A stretch of DNA of 38,969 nucleotides from an uncultured Rhodanobacteraceae bacterium (GTDB taxonomy: Bacteria; Pseudomonadota; Gammaproteobacteria; Xanthomonadales; UBA2363): contig CAZFUH010000001.1 in assembly GCA_964522235.1 (NCBI GenBank), positions 1 to 38,969 on the forward strand, written 5' to 3'. The notes beneath the pieces are model-generated. The model searched no databases and was not told the DNA's origin. It was given only the letters and a program-made list of their open reading frames with translations. The translations under genes were made by a program, and so were the position numbers. Shown in pieces: positions 36,214 through 38,969 of the stretch. Numbering within the stretch: position 1 is the stretch's first letter; every line of letters starts with the position of its first letter.

Positions 36214-38067
36214 TCAGCCCCCTGCTTCCTCGAACGGCGCGGCGGCCGGCTCTTCGCCGCGAACCAAGGCGAGCACATCGTCGCCGTATCGCTCCAGCTT
36301 GCTGGCGCCGATGCCGCTGATCGCGGTGAGCTGGTTGCGGGTCTTCGGCTCGCTTTCGGCGATCGCGCGCAGCGTGCTGTCATGGAAGATCACGTACGGC
36401 GGCAGGTTCTGTGCGCGTGCCGTGTCGATACGCCAGGCGCGCAGGCGTTCGAACAACTCGTTCTGCGCCGGCGTGAGATCGGCAGCGGCGGTCAGCGCGC
36501 GCGTTCCGGTTGCTGAGCGGGACTTGTCGCGACCTGCTCGCGGCAGGGCATCCAGGCGCAGCCGTACCGGCTGTTCGCCGCGCAGCACCGGTCGTGCTGC
36601 CTCGGTCAGGCGCAGACCGCCGAAGCCGCCGATGTCGACTTCGAGCACGCCGAACGCGACCAGCTGCCGGAATACGCTGCGCCAACGGTTGGCGTCGAAG
36701 TCGTCACCGATCCCGAAGACGCTGAGCCGGTCGTGGCCATGCTGGCGGATCTTCTCGGTGTCGCCGCCGCGCAGTACGTCGACCAGATGCGCGACACCGA
36801 AGCGTTGACCGGTGCGATAGACACACGACAGCGCCTTTTGCGCTGCCTCGGTCGCGTCCCAGGTCTGCGGCGGACTCAGACAGTTGTCGCAGTTGCCGCA
36901 CGGTTGCGGATAGGTTTCGCCGAAGTATTCGAGCAGGGCTTGGCGTCGGCAGCGAGTGGTCTCGCAATAGCCGAGCAGGGCGTCGAGCTTGCGCCGTTCC
37001 ACGCGCCGGCGCTCTTCGCTGGCCTCGGAACGGGCGATCATCTCACTGAGCGTGACCACGTCGCCAAGGCCATAGCACAGCCAGGCGTCCGCCGGTTCAC
37101 CATCGCGGCCGGCGCGGCCGGTCTCCTGATAGTAGCCCTCCATCGACTTCGGCAGGTCCAGATGTGCGACAAAGCGCACGTCCGGCTTGTCGATGCCCAT
37201 GCCGAACGCGATCGTCGCACAGACCACGACGCCGTCCTCGCGCAGAAAGCGGCGCTGGTGCGCGGCGCGCTGGCCGGTGTCGATGCCGGCATGATAGGCG
37301 AGCGCGGTAATGCCCTGGTCACGCAGCCAGTCCGCGGTCTCTTCGGTCTTGCGCCGTGACAGGCAGTAGACGATGCCGGCCTGGTCGCGATGCCGTTGCA
37401 GGAAGGCCAGCAACTGCTTGCGTGCGTTGTTCTTCTGCTCGACGTGATACCGGATGTTTGGACGGTCGAACGAGCTGACGAACTGGCGCGCCTGTTCCAG
37501 CTGCAGCCGTTCGACGATTTCGCGCCGGGTCGGCGCATCGGCGGTCGCGGTCAGCGCAATGCGCGGCACGTCCGGCCAGCGTGCGTGCAGGACGTCAAGC
37601 TGGCGGTATTCGGGCCGGAAGTCGTGGCCCCATTGCGAGACACAATGTGCTTCGTCGATCGCAAAAAGCGCAATCGAAGCCTGCTTGAGCAGATCCAGGC
37701 AGCGCTCGGTCAGCAACCGCTCGGGCGCGACGTAGAGCAGGTCGAGCACACCGGCGAGCAGGCGGCGCTCGACCTCGGCCGCCTCGTGGGCGCTGAGGCT
37801 GGAGTTCAGAAAGGCGGCATCAACGCCGAACTGGGCCAGCGCCTCGACCTGATCCTGCATCAGCGCGATCAGTGGCGAGATCACGATGCCGGTTCCCGGC
37901 CGCAGCAGGGCCGGGATCTGGTAGCACAGCGACTTGCCGGCGCCGGTCGGCATCAGCACCAGGGCGTCGCCACCACCGGCCACCTGCTCGATGATCGCCT
38001 GCTGCTCGTCGCGGAACGCCGGATAGCCGAAGACCTGGTTGAGAATTTCAAGAGCGGAGCGGGACAT
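36214..38067 (-). CDS. recQ: ATP-dependent DNA helicase RecQ
   Basis: MPTGAGKS, DEAHCVSQWGHDFRPEY, QETGRAGRDG, Zn site CRR...CGNCDNC, RQC and HRDC (PPYVIFHD) domains. Confidence 0.97.
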   Translation of the reverse strand: MSRSALEILNQVFGYPAFRDEQQAIIEQVAGGGDALVLMPTGAGKSLCYQIPALLRPGTGIVISPLIALMQDQVEALAQFGVDAAFLNSSLSAHEAAEVERRLLAGVLDLLYVAPERLLTERCLDLLKQASIALFAIDEAHCVSQWGHDFRPEYRQLDVLHARWPDVPRIALTATADAPTRREIVERLQLEQARQFVSSFDRPNIRYHVEQKNNARKQLLAFLQRHRDQAGIVYCLSRRKTEETADWLRDQGITALAYHAGIDTGQRAAHQRRFLREDGVVVCATIAFGMGIDKPDVRFVAHLDLPKSMEGYYQETGRAGRDGEPADAWLCYGLGDVVTLSEMIARSEASEERRRVERRKLDALLGYCETTRCRRQALLEYFGETYPQPCGNCDNCLSPPQTWDATEAAQKALSCVYRTGQRFGVAHLVDVLRGGDTEKIRQHGHDRLSVFGIGDDFDANRWRSVFRQLVAFGVLEVDIGGFGGLRLTEAARPVLRGEQPVRLRLDALPRAGRDKSRSATGTRALTAAADLTPAQNELFERLRAWRIDTARAQNLPPYVIFHDSTLRAIAESEPKTRNQLTAISGIGASKLERYGDDVLALVRGEEPAAAPFEEAGG

Positions 38068-38180
38068 CCGGACAGGCTAGCAAAGCCGGCGCCGCCACGG
38101 CAGCGGAATCTTGCCGAGGAAGTCGTCGGAATCCACTGATTCCGAGTTCAGCCCATGCAACTCGTTCTTTCCACGCCCGT

Positions 38181-38783
38181 TCAGTCGCGGCGTCCACGCA
38201 GGTCAATGAAGGCCAGGAACTCGGCTCGGGTACGGGCGTCGTCACGAAAACTGCCGAGCATCTGGCTGGTGATCATCGACACGCCGCGCTTGTGCACGCC
38301 ACGCGTGGTCATGCATTGGTGCGCAGCCTCGATCACTACGCCGACGCCGCGCGGCTTCAATACTTCCTCGATGCAGTGGGCGATTTGCGCGGTCAGCTTC
38401 TCCTGGACCTGAAAGCGACGGGCATAGGCTTCAACCACGCGCGCCAGCTTGGAGATGCCGACGACACGATCGGTCGGCAGGTAGCCGACATGGGCACGGC
38501 CGATGATCGGCGCCATGTGGTGCTCGCAGTGGGACTCGAATGCGATGTCGCGCAGCACGATGAGTTCGTCATAGCCATCGACTTCCTCGAACGTGCGGCG
38601 CAGGTAGTCGGCCGGCTCGATCGCGTAGCCGGAGAACCAATCGCGGTAGGCCTTGACGACCCTCTTTGGGGTGTCGACTAGACCTTCGCGGTCGGGATCG
38701 TCCCCCGCCCAGCGCAGCAGGACGCGTACAGCGTCCTCGGCCTGTTCCTGGGTTACAGCGGGGCTTGACTGAGGTGCGGTCAT
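38181..38783 (-). CDS. folE: GTP cyclohydrolase I
   Basis: [40 protein letters not shown]. Confidence 0.96.
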   Translation of the reverse strand: MTAPQSSPAVTQEQAEDAVRVLLRWAGDDPDREGLVDTPKRVVKAYRDWFSGYAIEPADYLRRTFEEVDGYDELIVLRDIAFESHCEHHMAPIIGRAHVGYLPTDRVVGISKLARVVEAYARRFQVQEKLTAQIAHCIEEVLKPRGVGVVIEAAHQCMTTRGVHKRGVSMITSQMLGSFRDDARTRAEFLAFIDLRGRRD

Positions 38784-38888
38784 CGGGTTTCCTGAAAGCC
38801 GTCAGCAACGGCCAACGGTACATCGAATCAGGCTTGTGTTTCTCGCACCCCTTCTGCGGCGCCACGCACACGGGAACCTGGAGGACGG

Positions 38889-38969
38889 ATGCCACTGGCG
38901 GGCGAACGGTGCAGATCGGAAGAGTACACCGTGCGCGAGGCGATCACGCATCTGTCTCAGGCGGTGGAG
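38889..38969 (+). CDS. Possible 5' end of a gene running off the window
   Basis: GGAGGA RBS, then ATG 38889 with an open frame to the edge (MPLAGERCRSEEYTVREAITHLSQAVE). Confidence 0.35.
   Translation, partial: MPLAGERCRSEEYTVREAITHLSQAVE

Noticed and set aside
1-38969. tRNA, rRNA, riboswitch or IS transposase
   Set aside because: None recognised by eye; tRNAscan, Rfam and ISfinder searches would be needed to exclude them formally.

Overview
High-GC chromosomal window, most likely from a Xanthomonadales-like gammaproteobacterium (inferred from the xerD-dsbC-purL-xps and engB-cytochrome c4-dsbA gene orders). From left to right: a type II secretion cluster (gspH partial, gspG, gspF, gspE) preceded by an exosortase-H-associated-like membrane protein; purL; two tandem dsbC paralogues; xerD; an RDD protein; a five-gene membrane-remodelling operon (RHH-like regulator, PspA/IM30, glycine-zipper microprotein, YqiJ-like, flotillin) whose sigma70-type promoter lies inside a perfect 14-bp inverted repeat; dsbA-like, EEP, dsbA, cytochrome c4 and engB; an NAD+-linked formate dehydrogenase operon fdsGBACD; a decaying integron (truncated intI, attI candidate, attC remnants, toxin-antitoxin modules, protein-glutaminase and other cargo, about 26.5-35 kb); then an ERCC4/XPF-type nuclease directly downstream of recQ, and folE. 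The best candidates for an undescribed system are the recQ-ERCC4 pair and the probably autoregulated PspA-flotillin operon. All family calls come from recognising motifs by eye; no database search was run.
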